DNA of 63,056 nucleotides, the filler included, from Thelocarpon superellum (taxonomy: Eukaryota): NCBI GenBank assembly GCA_026025795.1. It is 7 parts of 7 records of this genome, joined end to end, with 100 filler letters (N's around TTAATTAATTAA, not from the genome) between each part and the next. Parts side by side here need not be neighbours in the genome. Positions count along the whole stretch, not along the records: positions 36,148 to 45,053 come from JAPEUG010000586.1; positions 45,154 to 54,057 come from JAPEUG010000587.1; 5 more parts are not named here. The stretch is one strand, 5' to 3'. Of this stretch, positions 36,148-48,771 are shown piece after piece. The notes under the pieces were generated by a model. The model was given only the letters and a program-made list of their open reading frames with translations, did no database searches and was not told where the DNA came from. Position 1 is the stretch's first letter. Every line of letters starts with the position of its first letter. The translations under genes were made by a program, and so were the position numbers.

Positions 36148-37833
36148 ATTCAGCCAAGGGAATTCGGTCGTACCGGCCGTCATGGCGATCGACATGTATG
36201 TCTGGTCTGAATGAAGACATCTCTGCCGACCTCTGGGGCTCGCGAGCCTGCACGCACGGCATAATGCGTCTTGTAAAGCTCGGTGCACGGCAGAAGGGAC
36301 CAAGCGAGGGGGAGGACGTCACACCTACACTCATCATGCGGACTGGCTTGGCACCCTCTTACCGGTGCGTTCGGCCTCATTGCTTTAGCGTTCGGCCGGA
36401 GTACGAGCATGGTCATTGGGCATTAGTCGCGGCGTGGCGGGACTGCAGTATCTCGATAGGCGTGCCACTCGCATCGCATGGCGGCCCAAGCCTTGGCCAC
36501 AGGCCACGGGCTACCGGCGTGCGGCGAATGCGAGTGCGTGGAGCTTGACGGGAATCCCCAGTCTATGGCAGGCAGTGGCTACCGAGAGGCGATCCGATGA
36601 CGCCGATTCCCCAGTCATTATTATTGGCTCGCGTCTTTCTAGGTAGATTCTAGGTAGATCTCCAAGGATGGACCCTTGGCGGACAGCCAGGATGCGGTCA
36701 TTGTTCTTGCACGAGTACGAGCATGTCAGTCCCGGCTCTTACCAAGAAAGTAGCAGTCGAAAGTTTTTCCAAGAGGACAGCACTATGTTAGCTAGCGAAC
36801 GGCGGGGCTCGCCGCCAGCGGAAGGGGCGGCGGGTGACGGATGTCGGCGGATCAGGTACGAGCTCTAAGCGAACAGCGGCCCGGGTGGCGACCAGGGAAA
36901 CCCTGCGTGCATCCGCGCCCAAGCTTGCCGTACGTCCATTGTGGATGTTTCTCCTCATCGTGACTCGAATGATATGCCCGTCGAACCGGCGCCTGCCTCC
37001 CCACGTGCGTGCCTCCCGCGTTCCGCGCCAAGCCCTGCCGACACCCAATAGCGTGAAATGCTCTAGTAAGGTCGGATAGATCTATTGATGCATCCAGCAC
37101 GCAGCGTCCGCCGGCATCCGCCTCGGCCAGCACGCGGCTGGCCCTGTCGTCCAATCGCGAGCGTCTGCAGCGACGGCGAGGCCGCGGGATGAGCGTGACT
37201 GATCGCCACGGCCCAGCGGATCGCTCATCCTGCCACCACCACCACCACCACCGCTACTAGTCACAGTAGTAGTCGCCGGCGTTGTTGAGATGTTTACACC
37301 GACCGCATGAACGTGTGCCAAGTGTAGCTTCTCGATCGTGGGGCTCCGCCTTCACGAACCGCGTTTTCAGCTGGATGCACTGAAGCGGAACAGATCCGCA
37401 TCCATGGCGACGGCCGGATCCCCATTGAGTGAGACATGCGTTGCCGTCTCGGCAGCTCCAGCCTCCAACGGTGGCCGTGGATCATGGACCAGCCAGCATG
37501 ATCGCCCAGAACCCGTGCTCGGCCTCAACATGTGGTATGCTCATGACGGAGTCGGGCATCGATGGCCTTTCACAACGCCACCCAGACCTTCAACGGCAAG
37601 GTCGATCGGCGTCCAGCCCCCGCCCTGGAAGGCCTGGAAGGTCGGTGGGCACGTTCCGGGTTCGCGACTGGGCAGCGACGGATGGCCTGCCGTTCACCGC
37701 CGCTGCTCATCCGTCGGGAGCGCGGCTTGAAGCGCGGTGTGCGTTGGTCGACGATAGGTGGTGATGCTGACGGACTAGCTTCACAGCGCTCGTCAAGAAT
37801 CAGACCCGGATGAGCTGGCACCGTGGATCCGTC

Positions 37834-37839
37834 TATAAA
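37834..37839 (+). promoter_or_regulatory. TATA box of the secreted-protein gene
   Basis: TATAAA about 120 nt upstream of ATG 37959, followed by a CT-rich leader. Confidence 0.55.
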
Positions 37840-37958
37840 GAGCGACTCCGCTCAACGGTGCTTGAGACCATCACCCGGACTGAGTACTCTTCTCTTCATC
37901 TGTTGCCATTCAAACAGTCTCCATCTCGAGTGTGATCCGCCATCTTTTATCCTTCATC

Positions 37959-39005
37959 ATGAAGGTCGTCCACTCCTCTCTCCTCGTGCTCCTGGGCGCC
38001 GCGGCGACCTCGTTGGCCAGTCCCCACCAGGTCGAGCATGGCAATCCGGAGAAGCGCTGTGCCTGTCAGACGGGCAGCATTCTCTCGTTGATGGCGCTGC
38101 CTACCAACTCGGCGTCTGCCAGCAGCTATTGTAGCTATCTATTCGAGCCCTTGACGACCATCACTATCTACACGGGGACCTCAACCCGCACCGCCTCTAC
38201 GGAGGTTTTCACCACGTCCACGTCGACCAGCACCATCACAGAGAAGTAGGCCGGCCCCACAAGTGTTCCCGCGGAGCGTGACTGACAACGTGCCTACTCT
38301 AGCGGGGTCAGCACCGTCTACTGCCCGGCGGCTCCGACGCCCAGCGCCATCTGTGATCAGCCGGGGAACATTCTGATCGACTATGATCTCCTGACCTTCG
38401 ACGGCATCTCGGGCGAGGCCTGTCAGCAGTACTGCCTCGCCGATCCCGCGTGCAAGGGGATCCAGTACGGTACATACGAGAGCAACCCGCCGCACTGCGC
38501 GCTCATCAGCCGTCCTTTTACGCAGGGCGACATCGACCCCGGCCAGTGTATGTGTACCCTCCGGCGCTGGAAGGCAACGCGGAGCCCATGACTAACAGGC
38601 GCTTAGCGTTCAACCTCTACGATCGCGACTGCCAGGATCTCCTCCCTGTAGGTGCTGACGAGCTCAGCCTCAGGGTCGTGACTAACGTGGATGGGACAGT
38701 CTCAATGCACCCCGCTCGCCAAGCGTGATTTCGTTCCAGCGCCGTCGTACTTGACGGGCGACAGCCCCAGCCAGATCTCGTCAGCCTGCAGCTGTCTCGT
38801 CCACCAAACCAAGCAGGTGAAGAAGACGACACTCTTCGAGGAATCTGTGACGGTCCCCGTTGCCACGGTAAGATTTGGGCGCTGCTCCCGTGGACTGGTT
38901 GGCGAATGCTAACGACGAACGTAGTCGACGAGCCATATCTCGACTCTCACCCTGACGACGCTCAGCGCGCCTGTCACAGAGACGGCGGTCACGACCGTCC
39001 AGTAG
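37959..39005 (+). CDS. Secreted Thr-rich protein with a PAN/Apple-like Cys module and an SSACSC motif
   Basis: MKVVHSSLLVLLGAAATSLA signal; EKR|CAC; ASSYCS; Thr-rich run; EACQQYCLADPACKGIQYG..HCAL; YDRDC; ISSACSCL; Thr-rich tail. Introns at 38246-38302, 38548-38606, 38648-38699 and 38868-38924 keep the frame to TAG 39003-39005. Confidence 0.78.
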
Positions 39006-39782
39006 TCAGGATCGCGGATCATGCGACCGCACAGGTTGCGCCGGCATGACTATGCATGCCACCGGACCTACTGCATGGATCCTTCTTCTTTGCTAGCACA
39101 TCTATTTAGTTTCTAGCATCTGCCATCCAGGCCGTTAGACACGAAGTGAAAGAACACGGCTGCAGCCACCAAAATCCTGCCACTGGCTGTGCATGCAGCA
39201 ACCCGAAAAACAACATCCGGGCCGAGAACACGGCCATGCCACCACGGGAACCAGTCGATGTGGATCATTCAGGGTGGAGGCAGGTCCTATCAGGGACACT
39301 TGACCTGGCTCGGAGAGAGGGATCTCAGCCTTTGCTCTTAGGCCAACCCTAGCGTCGATCTGCGATATGTGATGGCGTCCAGTCGCTCATAGGCGTCCGG
39401 TGACTCAGAGCGCGCCGTGCCACGCATGGCCATATTCGCTGGCTGATGCGACCTATTCCATCAGTCGACGTGTGGTCTCCAGGACCATAGCTAGATCCTA
39501 TCTTCGTCTGAGCTGTACAAAGCCTGTGGTATTCCACATATTGCTCAACTCTACTCTCATGGATCTTTCGTGTCTTCTGAAGGTAGGCGTTGAGCTCATT
39601 GGCGAACACGAGACGATTGTTGGCAGGGTCGAGCACAGGTTGGGTGAAGCTCGCGTTGCCGACGGGGTGGATTGGTTACCAGCCGCAGCCGTTCTCTATG
39701 GCTAAGTGGGTGGTCGGTCTCTAGCTAGCCGGCCTTTGGCCGGAACAGTAAGTAGTCCGCCTCCTTAGCTAAGGAACCATCC

Positions 39783-39808
39783 TCACGTGAGTGGCAGATC
39801 CACGTGAC
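39783..39808. promoter_or_regulatory. Paired CACGTG E-boxes upstream of the CwfJ-family gene
   Basis: TCACGTGA and CCACGTGAC about 150-175 nt before ATG 39959. Confidence 0.35.
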
Positions 39809-39958
39809 CGTTCATCACCGTGGAGTTTTTGGTTCGAAATGGCCCACCGTAGGCCGCGGTCCCAGAGATTAGATTAGATGAGATGATAGGGAGCTTTTCG
39901 ACCTTGAGCAGCCTCGTGCCCGCAGCATGTTTACCTCACATCCCACTGATCCGTGAAG

Positions 39959-41701
39959 ATGAGCGCCAAGGTGTAAGAGCCTCTTCCACCTTTCTCACCC
40001 AGACGGGGTTCTCGTACGTGCTGACTCAGTGACAGCGTGGTGATTGGAGGGAGCAATGGGCAATATCCCGCCATCTTCAAGAAGCTCGCGGCCCTCCACG
40101 CCAGAAACTCGTTTACATTGGGCATCATCGCCGGCGACCTCTTTGCCGACCCCGCCACGGCCACGGACGAGGATGAGGAAAATATCACGGCACTGCTCGA
40201 GGGGAGCCTGATCGTGCCGTTCCCCACCTATTTCTCGGTTGGACGACGGCCTCTCCCGCCCCGCATCGTCGACAAACTCTTGTCCTCCAGCGACGAAGTG
40301 TGCGAAAATCTGTGTTATGTGGGGAAGCGCGGCACACTCAAGACGTCGGATGGCATCAAGATCGTCGCGCTGGGCGGGCTTCTGGACACGAACATCACGG
40401 TGGGGGCGTCGAACGACCAGTATACCCCCTTCCACACCGCCGATGACGCCAAGGCCTTGCGCGGGGCCAACTCGGCCGATGTCCTTCTGACGTCCACTTG
40501 GCCTTCGTCGATTCGGTCGGGGTCGAGCGTCGACCTCCCTGAGCATGCCAAGGACGAGCTTCCGGAACAGGGGGTGGCGGATCTCTGCGCTTCGCTCAGG
40601 CCACGATATCACTTCTCGACCTCGCCCAGCTTTTTCTACGAGCGCGAACCCTTCTTCCACGACCCCTCCGCGCAGCGCCCCGACGTTCAGCCCGTCACGC
40701 GATTTATCAGCCTCGCATCATACGGCAACTCTCACAAACAGAAATGGCTCTACGCGTTCAACCTCGATCCGTCCACGTCATCTGCCACAGCATTACCTCC
40801 AGGCACCACTCCATCCCCATTGCTTACCTCCTCCAAAAAGCGGTCCTTCGCATCTGCAGAGAATCAGTCGTACTCTCGCTACTCGCAACCAGGCGGCCAT
40901 CACCATCGGGCGGCGAAACGGTCACGCCAGCCACCGCCAGGTTCGGACGAATGCTTTTTCTGCCTATCCAACCCCAACCTCGCCACCCACCTCATCTCCT
41001 CCATCGCCAACGACTCCTACCTAACAACGGCGCGAGGCCCATTATCTAGCGCCTCGACCTTCCCCTCCCTCCCTTTCCCCTCGCACATCCTCATCATTCC
41101 GCTCGCGCATTCACCCACGCTCGCCAGCATCCCCGACGACGCCGCCCGAACCTCCACCATCGAAGAGATGACCCGGTACCGACACGCGCTCCAAGCAATG
41201 CTCCAAGCCAAGGGCGCCCGTAGCCTTGGCGCCGTGACGTGGGAAGTCAGCCGAGCCAACGGCATCCACGCGCATTGGCAATTCCTACCCGTGAGCGCGG
41301 ATCTGATCCGGCGAGGACTAGTGGAGGCTGCATTCCGGGTCGAGGCCGAGAACGAGAAATATCCCGCCATGGAGGCGCGCGAGGTCCAGGAGAGCGACGG
41401 CGACGATTTCTTCCGCGTGTGGATCTGGACGCCGTCGGAGCCTCTCTCTGCGGAGTCCAACCCGCCACAGGCATCCGACGAAACACCTGCCAAGGGGGCG
41501 GAGACAAACCAGGCCCTCCTCCTCCCCCTCGACGTCTCCATCCGCTTCGACGTCCAGTTCGGGCGGCGCGTGCTAGCGAAGCTCCTGGGCCTCGAGCGCC
41601 GCATGGACTGGAAAGAGAGCCTGCAGGCTGAAGTTGAGGAGAGCGCGGACGTGGCGGCGTTCAAGGACGCGTTCAAGCCCTTTGATTTCTCCTTGGACTA
41701 G
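39959..41701 (+). CDS. DRN1: CwfJ/CWF19L1-family lariat-debranching cofactor (Drn1/Mug161-like)
   Basis: N-terminal pseudo-metallophosphoesterase region (IIAGDLF, ENLCYVGKRG, DVLLTSTWP, LRPRYHF, FYEREPF, TRFISLA) and C-terminal CwfJ region (CFFCLSNP, YLTTARGPL, HILIIPLAH, HAHWQFLPV, QFGRRVLA, FKPFDFSL). Intron at 39973-40035. Confidence 0.9.
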
Positions 41702-41807
41702 CCGTTGCATACATACCAACGTGCATACGATGCGACCGGATAGGATGAAACAGATAGGACGGGCTAGGATAAGATAAGATAGGATACGGAGGGCACAGTC
41801 TGTCTGT

Positions 41808-43256
41808 CTATGGACTCGGCCCGACCGTATCCCTCGCGGCGCGAATCTCCCATGCAAACTCCTTCAAGGCCCTCAACTCACTCGACACGAAAAGGCCACC
41901 GATGAGCCCGTCGAGGACACCGGCGACGAGTCCGACTGCGCAGAGCAGCATCAGCAGAAACGCAACGTAGTTGTGCGGCGACCACCACACGGCCACGAGG
42001 CAGGCGACGGCCAGGACGAACTGGACGAGACAGTGCGCCACGCGTAGCTTGCGTTGACGACGCTGCCGTAGGCTGTAGATCCTGATTATATCCATGATCT
42101 CGTCGTACGTTGCTCGTGGAAGGAGAGAAAGGGGAGGGGAAGAAGGAGAAGAGACGGAGTGGGGACTGGTGGAGCGCGGTGGTTGGTCCGCGGTGGGTGA
42201 TCTGCAGAGGGAAGCTTCGACGGAGAAATGATCACTCAGTGAGCATTTGAGTCGCGGGTGACGCTCCGTCATGCCCACTCGTACGTCATGGATGGTCCAT
42301 GGTAAACGGGAGGCGGGGTCTTGTCCCACGAAGATGTAGTCGAGGCGCTTTGCGCGCGGGTCTGGTGTCGTCGGGTCGATGAGGATGTCGTAGCCGCGAC
42401 CTAGCTTTCGCTGCTGTCCTTTGTTCCAGCGCCACGTGTTGAGGATGCTGTCGCACGTCGCACCGTTCTCGGCCAGGTTGAAGGAGGCGGACGGCACGTC
42501 TCGCCCCCGTCGCTGCTCCGCATCGTCGATGGCGGCGCCGATGGCCGAGTCCGGGTGCACCACACGCCATGCGTCCTGCACCGGTGCGTGTGTGGTGATG
42601 AGCTGGTGCGCGAGGGACAACGGGAGCATGTTGAAGTCGCCCAGGCCGACGACGAGGTGGCCTCGTTCGGCTGCTCCTCGCATCATCTTGGCAATCTCCC
42701 ATGCTTGTGCCGTCCGGTGGCACAGGTAGGAGTCGTGTGGTTCTCTCTCGTACGGGGCGTGGAGCTAGACCCAGAGGTCAGTGGTGGTGGCGGAGGAGGA
42801 GGAGGAGGGGAGGAAGAATGGACGATGCCGTACATGCGTGCAAAAAACCTCGACAACGTCTTGTCGTGACGATCCCGTTCGAATCCTGGCACACGCTACT
42901 CCTTTTCCCACGAACCAGTCTCCCCTGAAAAACGCCGTGGGTCGACCATTGAGCGGGTAGCGCACCATGCTGCTCTCCTCGATGGGCCACTTGGACAGAA
43001 TGGCCAGTCCGCCGCCGAAGATGCCGCTGTAGTAGAACTTTCCGTAAGGAAGCACATCTTTGGTCTGGTGGCGGATCGATTGATAGTCTTCCTGCGTCCA
43101 GCATTCTTGCAGTCCGACGATACTTGGTGGAGGGCTCCGTGAGCCGATCTGTGCGCCTATCTCTGCTAGTCGGGCCCGGCGGTGTTTGGCCAGGTATTTG
43201 AGGCCCCAGCAATTGAGCGTCAGAATGTCCAGCTGAGTGTCTTCTTTGATCGCCAT
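41808..43256 (-). CDS. ISC1: Inositol phosphosphingolipid phospholipase C
   Basis: LTLNCWGLKY, GLQECW, GGLAILSKWPI, PLNGRPTAFFRGDWFVGKG, FCTH|LHAPY, GDFNM, KRLDYIF, SDHFSVE, and two C-terminal TM helices. One intron at about 42767-42832. Confidence 0.94.
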
Positions 43257-43497
43257 GGGAGACAATATTGGGCTGCTGGTGGTGTATCAACCTTGCCATT
43301 CCAGCAGCAGTTGGGCAACAGTGCGAGCCGGGATGATAGAGCTTGCAGCTTGGAGCCAGGACTCGGGAGCATGAAAGCTCAGGAGCTCCAATCCGGTGAG
43401 TAGCGAGAGCGGGAATGCCGGACGGACCTCATCGACCGCCGTCATCAACACGACGTGACTCAGACGCTACTTACAACCTCATCACGTCGGCTTCAGC

Positions 43498-45053
43498 ATG
43501 TCGGAGCCTCACTCTCCCGTCAGCACGCCCGCAGATGGGCCGGAAGGACGATCGCCGAAGCGTCTTCGGCTCGAGAGCGACTATGAGCACACTCCCCAAT
43601 ACAGCTCTGCGGATGACGGGGGCGGAGACTGCACGAATGACCCCGAGCTCGGCCCAGTCAATGGGACCAGCCTGGGAGAGGCCAACGGGCCCGAGTCAGA
43701 TGAGGGAGAGGACAGCCATCGAACTGAGAGCGACCATCAGGACGACATGGACCACACCGTCTATCGAGACCAACGCGGCCGCCGACGAGGTTCGTCCTCG
43801 GCAGTGAGGCATCTCAAGACCCCACCACCACCCTCTCGCCAATGGGCCAAACTGCAGTATCAACCAACGCTGATCCTACGAGGACATAAGAAGGGGGTGT
43901 CAGCGGTCAAATTCTCTCCGGACGGGAGATTGATCGCTAGCTGTTCGGCGGACGCAACGATCAAGATCTGGGACGCGATCTCGGGCAAACACATTCAGAC
44001 GCTCGAGGGTCACCTGGCAGGAATCTCCACGATCGCATGGAGTCCCGATTCCAAGACGCTCGCGTCAGGATCCGACGACAAGTCGATCCGACTATGGGAT
44101 GTCCCAACGGTAGGGACTCGTTCTTGACGAGGGAGGCAACTGCTGAGTCGTGAACAGGGAAAAGCGTATCCGGTCCCTTTACTCGGTCACCACAACTACA
44201 TCTACTCCATCGCCTTCTCGCCCAACGGCAACATGATCGTGAGCGGATCCTACGACGAAGCCGTGTTCATCTGGGACGTACGCACGGCACGGGTGATGCG
44301 CTCCTTACCCGCACACTCTGATCCTGTGGGGGGAGTGGATTTTGTGAGAGACGGTACCTTGGTCGTCAGTTGCGCCGGCGACGGGCTGATGTGAGCCACC
44401 GTCCCGATCGACGTAGCCCCCGACCATCCCTCTGACCATGGACAGACGAGTATGGGACACGGCAACAGGACAGTGCCTGCGGACACTGGTGCACGAAGAC
44501 AACGCCGGCGTAACCTCTGTACGATTTTCACCCAACGGCAGATTCGTCCTAGCATGGACCTTGGATTCCTGTGTCCGACTCTGGAACTACGTCGACGGAC
44601 GCTGCGTCAAGACGTACCAAGGCCACCGCAACGAGCGATATAGTCTTGGCGGTACCTTTGGGATTGTTCCAGCCACGAAGCGGGCGAGGAATCGAGACGA
44701 TCGACGAGACGAAGCAAGAGACGAGGCGAGAGACGGAGCGGGGAGCGACACAACGGCGACCATCATATCCGGCAGCGAAGACGGCGCGCTGATGGTCTGG
44801 GAAGTCAAGGACAAAACCGTGCTGCAGCGCATCGAGCACGCACATGACGCGGGCAGCGTGGTGCTCGGAGTGGATTTCCTCCCGCTTGCGCTCTCACCCG
44901 GATCTGCCAAGGACTCATCCGTGGACGGGACTCTCGATGGTGATCTTGATGGGAGGGCCGTCCTCGCCTCGTGCGGTACGGATTGTACTGTTCGTTTGTG
45001 GCGCGAACATGACGTCTCTGAGGAACAGGAGGAGAGGGAGGAAGAGCTGAGAA
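43498..45053 (+). CDS. SWD3: WD40 COMPASS subunit Swd3/WDR5, stop codon lost at the contig edge
   Basis: [92 protein letters not shown]. Divergent from ISC1 across about 240 nt. Confidence 0.92.
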
Positions 45054-45153
45054 NNNNNNNNNNNNNNNNNNNNNNNNNNNNNNNNNNNNNNNNNNNNTTA
45101 ATTAATTAANNNNNNNNNNNNNNNNNNNNNNNNNNNNNNNNNNNNNNNNNNNN
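45054..45153. other. Artificial contig spacer
   Basis: N44-TTAATTAATTAA-N44. Confidence 0.98.
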
Positions 45154-45235
45154 TCTCAGCATGAATCGCGTCAAGCTCGATAAGCATGAGGCGACGAAGC
45201 GGCGGTTGGAGGAGCTGAGGAGTCTGTTCAAGTAG
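45154..45235 (+). CDS. Probable C-terminal fragment of an unidentified gene entering from the contig edge
   Basis: Open frame LSMNRVKLDKHEATKRRLEELRSLFK*, followed by 3'UTR-like low-complexity sequence converging on MED21. Confidence 0.4.
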
Positions 45236-45629
45236 CGGGGGAGGGTGCGCGATGCGTGCGATGAGGGAGATGAGCGGGCATAAGTGAGCATGAGCATGAG
45301 CACGAGCACGAGCGCGAGCATGAGCACATGGAACCTTTTCCTCTTTGATGGGTGGGTGGTCAGGGGATGGAAGCCTTGAAAAGTGGCAACGGGGAAACGG
45401 GGTAGATGGGCACGGGCAGGATGGACGGCGCAAAAGGGCGAGAAAGAGCACATTGCGTTTGAATGATTTGAGTGGATGATCCCCCTCTGCTTTGCTTGCG
45501 TCATCACCGCAGCAGCAAAGCTACAGCAGCAGAGCTCGCAACAGATACAAGAGACCAGTGAAATCCTTCATCCGTGCATTCGTCCGATGACGATGAGTGA
45601 CGATGAGCGACGATGAAGCCGACGATAGT

Positions 45630-46446
45630 CTACACACGCCTAAAGGCCATCACAACAGCATCCAGCCGGTCCAGAACCTCTTCTCGCGCTCGCACCGCCT
45701 GTGTCCGCTCCTCTTCCGCGCGTTTCAACTCGGCCTGCAAGTCCTTCAACCGCGCCTCTTGATCTGCCTCGCTCCGCTCTATGCCAGGTAGGTGGGCAAT
45801 CAGCACTTCGATCTGCGCCTCTTTGAGTAGCAAGTCGCGCGCCAGCTCGTGTTGGCGTCGGCGGAAGGTCGTGGGTGTGTCTGGGCGTGGAACCTCGGGC
45901 GCGGAAGAGTGGGACTGGGATTGCTGTGGCGGGGGAGAGGTTTCGGCGCCTTGTGAGGCGGTAGTGGTGGTGGTGCCGCCGGCGTGGTTCGACGCGGACG
46001 TGGACGTCGACGCCCCAGGTGCCGCCGGTAGGTGGTGAGATGATATGTACCGTAACGAGGCGTAGAATTGTGTCGCTAGCTGTAAAGAAAAAGAACGGAT
46101 GGGGTCAGCTGGTGGAAAGAGAGGAAGAGGGGGGGATGAGAGTATAGTAGCACACGAATTGAGAGAGAGAGAAGCGATGAGAAAGTGAGGAAGAGGGGGG
46201 GAGAGAGGATAGTAGCACACGAATTGAGAGAGAGAGAAGCGATGAGAAAGTGAGGAAGAGGGGGGGAGAGAGGATAGTAGCACACGAGTTGAGAGAGAGA
46301 GAAGCGATGAGAAAGTGAGGAAGAGGGGGGGGAGAGGATAGTAGCACACGAATTGAGAGAGAGAGAAGCGATGAGAAAGTGAGGAAGATGGTGCGGGGAC
46401 GAACTTGGTCAAATGCATCTTGTAGTTGGGTTAATCGGTCGGCCAT
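45630..46446 (-). CDS. SRB7: Mediator subunit Med21/Srb7
   Basis: MADRLTQLQDAFDQ|LATQFYASLRYI..ELARDLLLKEAQIEVLIAHLPGIERSEADQ. Intron at 46404-46080 (GTTCGT...GCTGAC...CAG). Confidence 0.93.
46122..46388. repeat. Minisatellite of about 65 nt x 4, inside the MED21 intron
   Basis: Unit GAGGAAGAGGGGGGGAGAGAGGATAGTAGCACACGAATTGAGAGAGAGAGAAGCGATGAGAAAGT; the anchor GCACACGA starts at 46150, 46215, 46280 and 46344. Confidence 0.95.
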
Positions 46447-47020
46447 TTCCGTTCTGCCTTTCTCTGGCTTCGTGTCAAGCGAGGCTGGTGATGTCGTGTT
46501 CGGCAGGTAGGTTGCCTCCGACCAGGTCGACGAGTCGGGTCGGTGGGACCATGAGATGGGAGGGCGTCGTTTGACGTCGTGCTCGTTGCTGGCACTCGTG
46601 TTTGTCGGGTTTGATGGGTTTGATGGGCCCGGTTCAGGTGCGGTAGTTGGAGCTGCAGGAGCTGCAGCTGCAGCTGTAGCTTTACCCGAATATCCGTACT
46701 CGCTGGTAGCTTATGGCTAACTGATCTAGTAGTGTATGGTTAAAGGACGGTCTATGGGTAGTGGTGAGGTCGAAGGACCCCCAGTTAAGCGGCACGAGTG
46801 GCCATCTACCCGTCGCTACAAGCGCGACAGCTATAGTCGATCCATGTCCCGCCTCAGCGAACGCTCAGGTACTGCCCACGAATCAACGACAGCGTCGCGT
46901 CGCTTCTCATGACGACTTCCTGGGTCCTCCTCATGCTCGGTCCGGCCCATCTCACGACAGATTCTACATGGATATATACAGTCATCCTCCCTGATTCTCC
47001 CCCGCTCCCCCGCTCCCCAG

Positions 47021-48101
47021 TCACTTCTTCAACTTCTCCGTCATCTCCGGAACAATGTCAAACAAGTCTCCCACCAGTCCCACGTCCGCCACTTGGAAGA
47101 TGGGCGCATCGGCGTCTTTGTTGATGGCCGCAATCACCTTGCTGTCCTTCATGCCCGCCAGATGTTGAATGGCACCCGAGATGCCGGCGCAGAGGTAGAG
47201 CTGAGGCGCCACGTTCTTCCCCGTCTGTCCCACCTGCAGGCTGTTGTCCGCGAAGCCACTGTCGACCGCCGCCCGTGACGCTCCAATGGCCGCGCCGAGT
47301 GCGTCGGCCAGCGGCGGCATAAGCCGATCGAATTCCTCCTTGGACTTCAACCCCCGTCCTCCCGACACCACTCGCTCGGCGGTGCCTAGGTCGGGTCGAT
47401 CCGACTTGGCTAGGTCTTCCGACACCCATGTCGTTGAGGAGGCGACCTTGGGGTCGGCGCCCTCGCTGATCTCAGCCGCGCCTCCTTCGGCCTCGGCGGG
47501 AGCAAAGGCTGTGCCGCGGATGGTGATGATCTTGATCGGGTCGGACGATTGCGCCGTGAGGATGGCGTTGCCAGCGTAGATGGGTCGGACAAACGTGTCC
47601 TCCGACTCGATGGCGGTAATGTCGGAGATCTGTTGCGAGTCCAGCAACGCTGCCACGCGCGGCATCAGGTTCTTCCCAAATGCCGAGTGGCCGGCGATGA
47701 CGTGGGTGAATCCGCCTTTCTGGATGTTCTCCACCAGCATCGGCGCAAAGCTCTCGGGGAGACCCTATCACGCCGTCAGTGCATACGCCCGCAGGACGAG
47801 TGATGACCATCCCACACACCTTGTCGTACGCGCCATTCTCCACCACGATGACTTTTCCCACGCCCTTGACCTTGGCTGCCTCTTCCGCGATGCTCTTGGC
47901 CCCACTACCCGCCAGAAAGGCTGTGATCGATCCGCCGAGTGTGGTGGCGGCGGTCACGGCGCCGAGGGAGGCAGGATTCAGTCGCCCCTCGCGATGTTCG
48001 AGTAGCGCCAAGGACGACAACAGCCGGGCAGAAGAGATGGAGGTCGACCGTGGACAGGTCCGAATCAGACGGAAGACTGTCCGTCCTGTAGTTGCAAGCA
48101 T
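47021..48101 (-). CDS. AIM45: Electron transfer flavoprotein alpha subunit, mitochondrial
   Basis: Arg/Ser-rich presequence, GKNLMPRVAALLD, FVRPIYAGNA, VVSGGRGLKS, GASRAAVDSG, QVGQTGKNVAPQLY..GISGAIQHLAGMKDS. Intron at 47819-47765. Confidence 0.96.
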
Positions 48102-48771
48102 TGTAGCTTCCACGGTTTCTTCTCCTCTCCAACGCCGACAATTGTCAGAGGGGCGCGGTGGTGGGGGATAAGCACGACTCCGTCCTCTCCGCCACCGAAT
48201 ACCTCGGACACGACCGCTACGGCGCTGCCCGACGGTACGCGGGACTTGCCGAGGTAGCATTCATACCATCCCGGTACTCTTCGTCTCCCGTAATCGCAGA
48301 GGGGAGAAGTCCTCTTTCCCGCTCCGTATCCTGCATCACATGACCCCAGCCGTCGGGATTAGCCAAGGCCACCCTTCCGCCCTGCTCCTGAGGCACGGGA
48401 ACTGGTGCAGCTGGTCCCGACGAGAACTGACTAGCGATCAAATTCACGATGCCCGGCGAGAACGGCAACGCGACTTTCACCACCACCGCGTGAGCTGCCC
48501 GCGACAAGCTTGACCATCCATCCCTTGCCCCCCCCCGTCTCCCGCCCCCAGGGTCGCCACCACGCGCCGGGTCGCCATCGCCACCCATCTGCCTCTGCCC
48601 GCGATCCAATTCCCTCACCCGCCGTCGTGCTCCTGGGCGCGAGCTGACCGGCGGCTTGAGAGGTCGACAGGTTGAGAGACGGGCTCACGACACGCAACCC
48701 ATCCACGACCTCTCCTCCGCCCGCCAGACTCCTCTCATCAGCTCATCGACCCATCGCCCATCCCGAACGAG

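Noticed and set aside
39349..39680. Protein-like minus-strand frame (DPANNRLVFANELNAYLQK..)
   Set aside because: It has no ATG or convincing upstream splice acceptor and no recognisable family.
39959..41701. Functional linkage between the debranching cofactor DRN1 and the intron-containing tRNA
   Set aside because: They are on different contigs joined artificially, and DRN1 is a widespread housekeeping gene.
46122..46388. CRISPR-like array
   Set aside because: The units are head-to-tail with no unique spacers and sit inside a eukaryotic intron.
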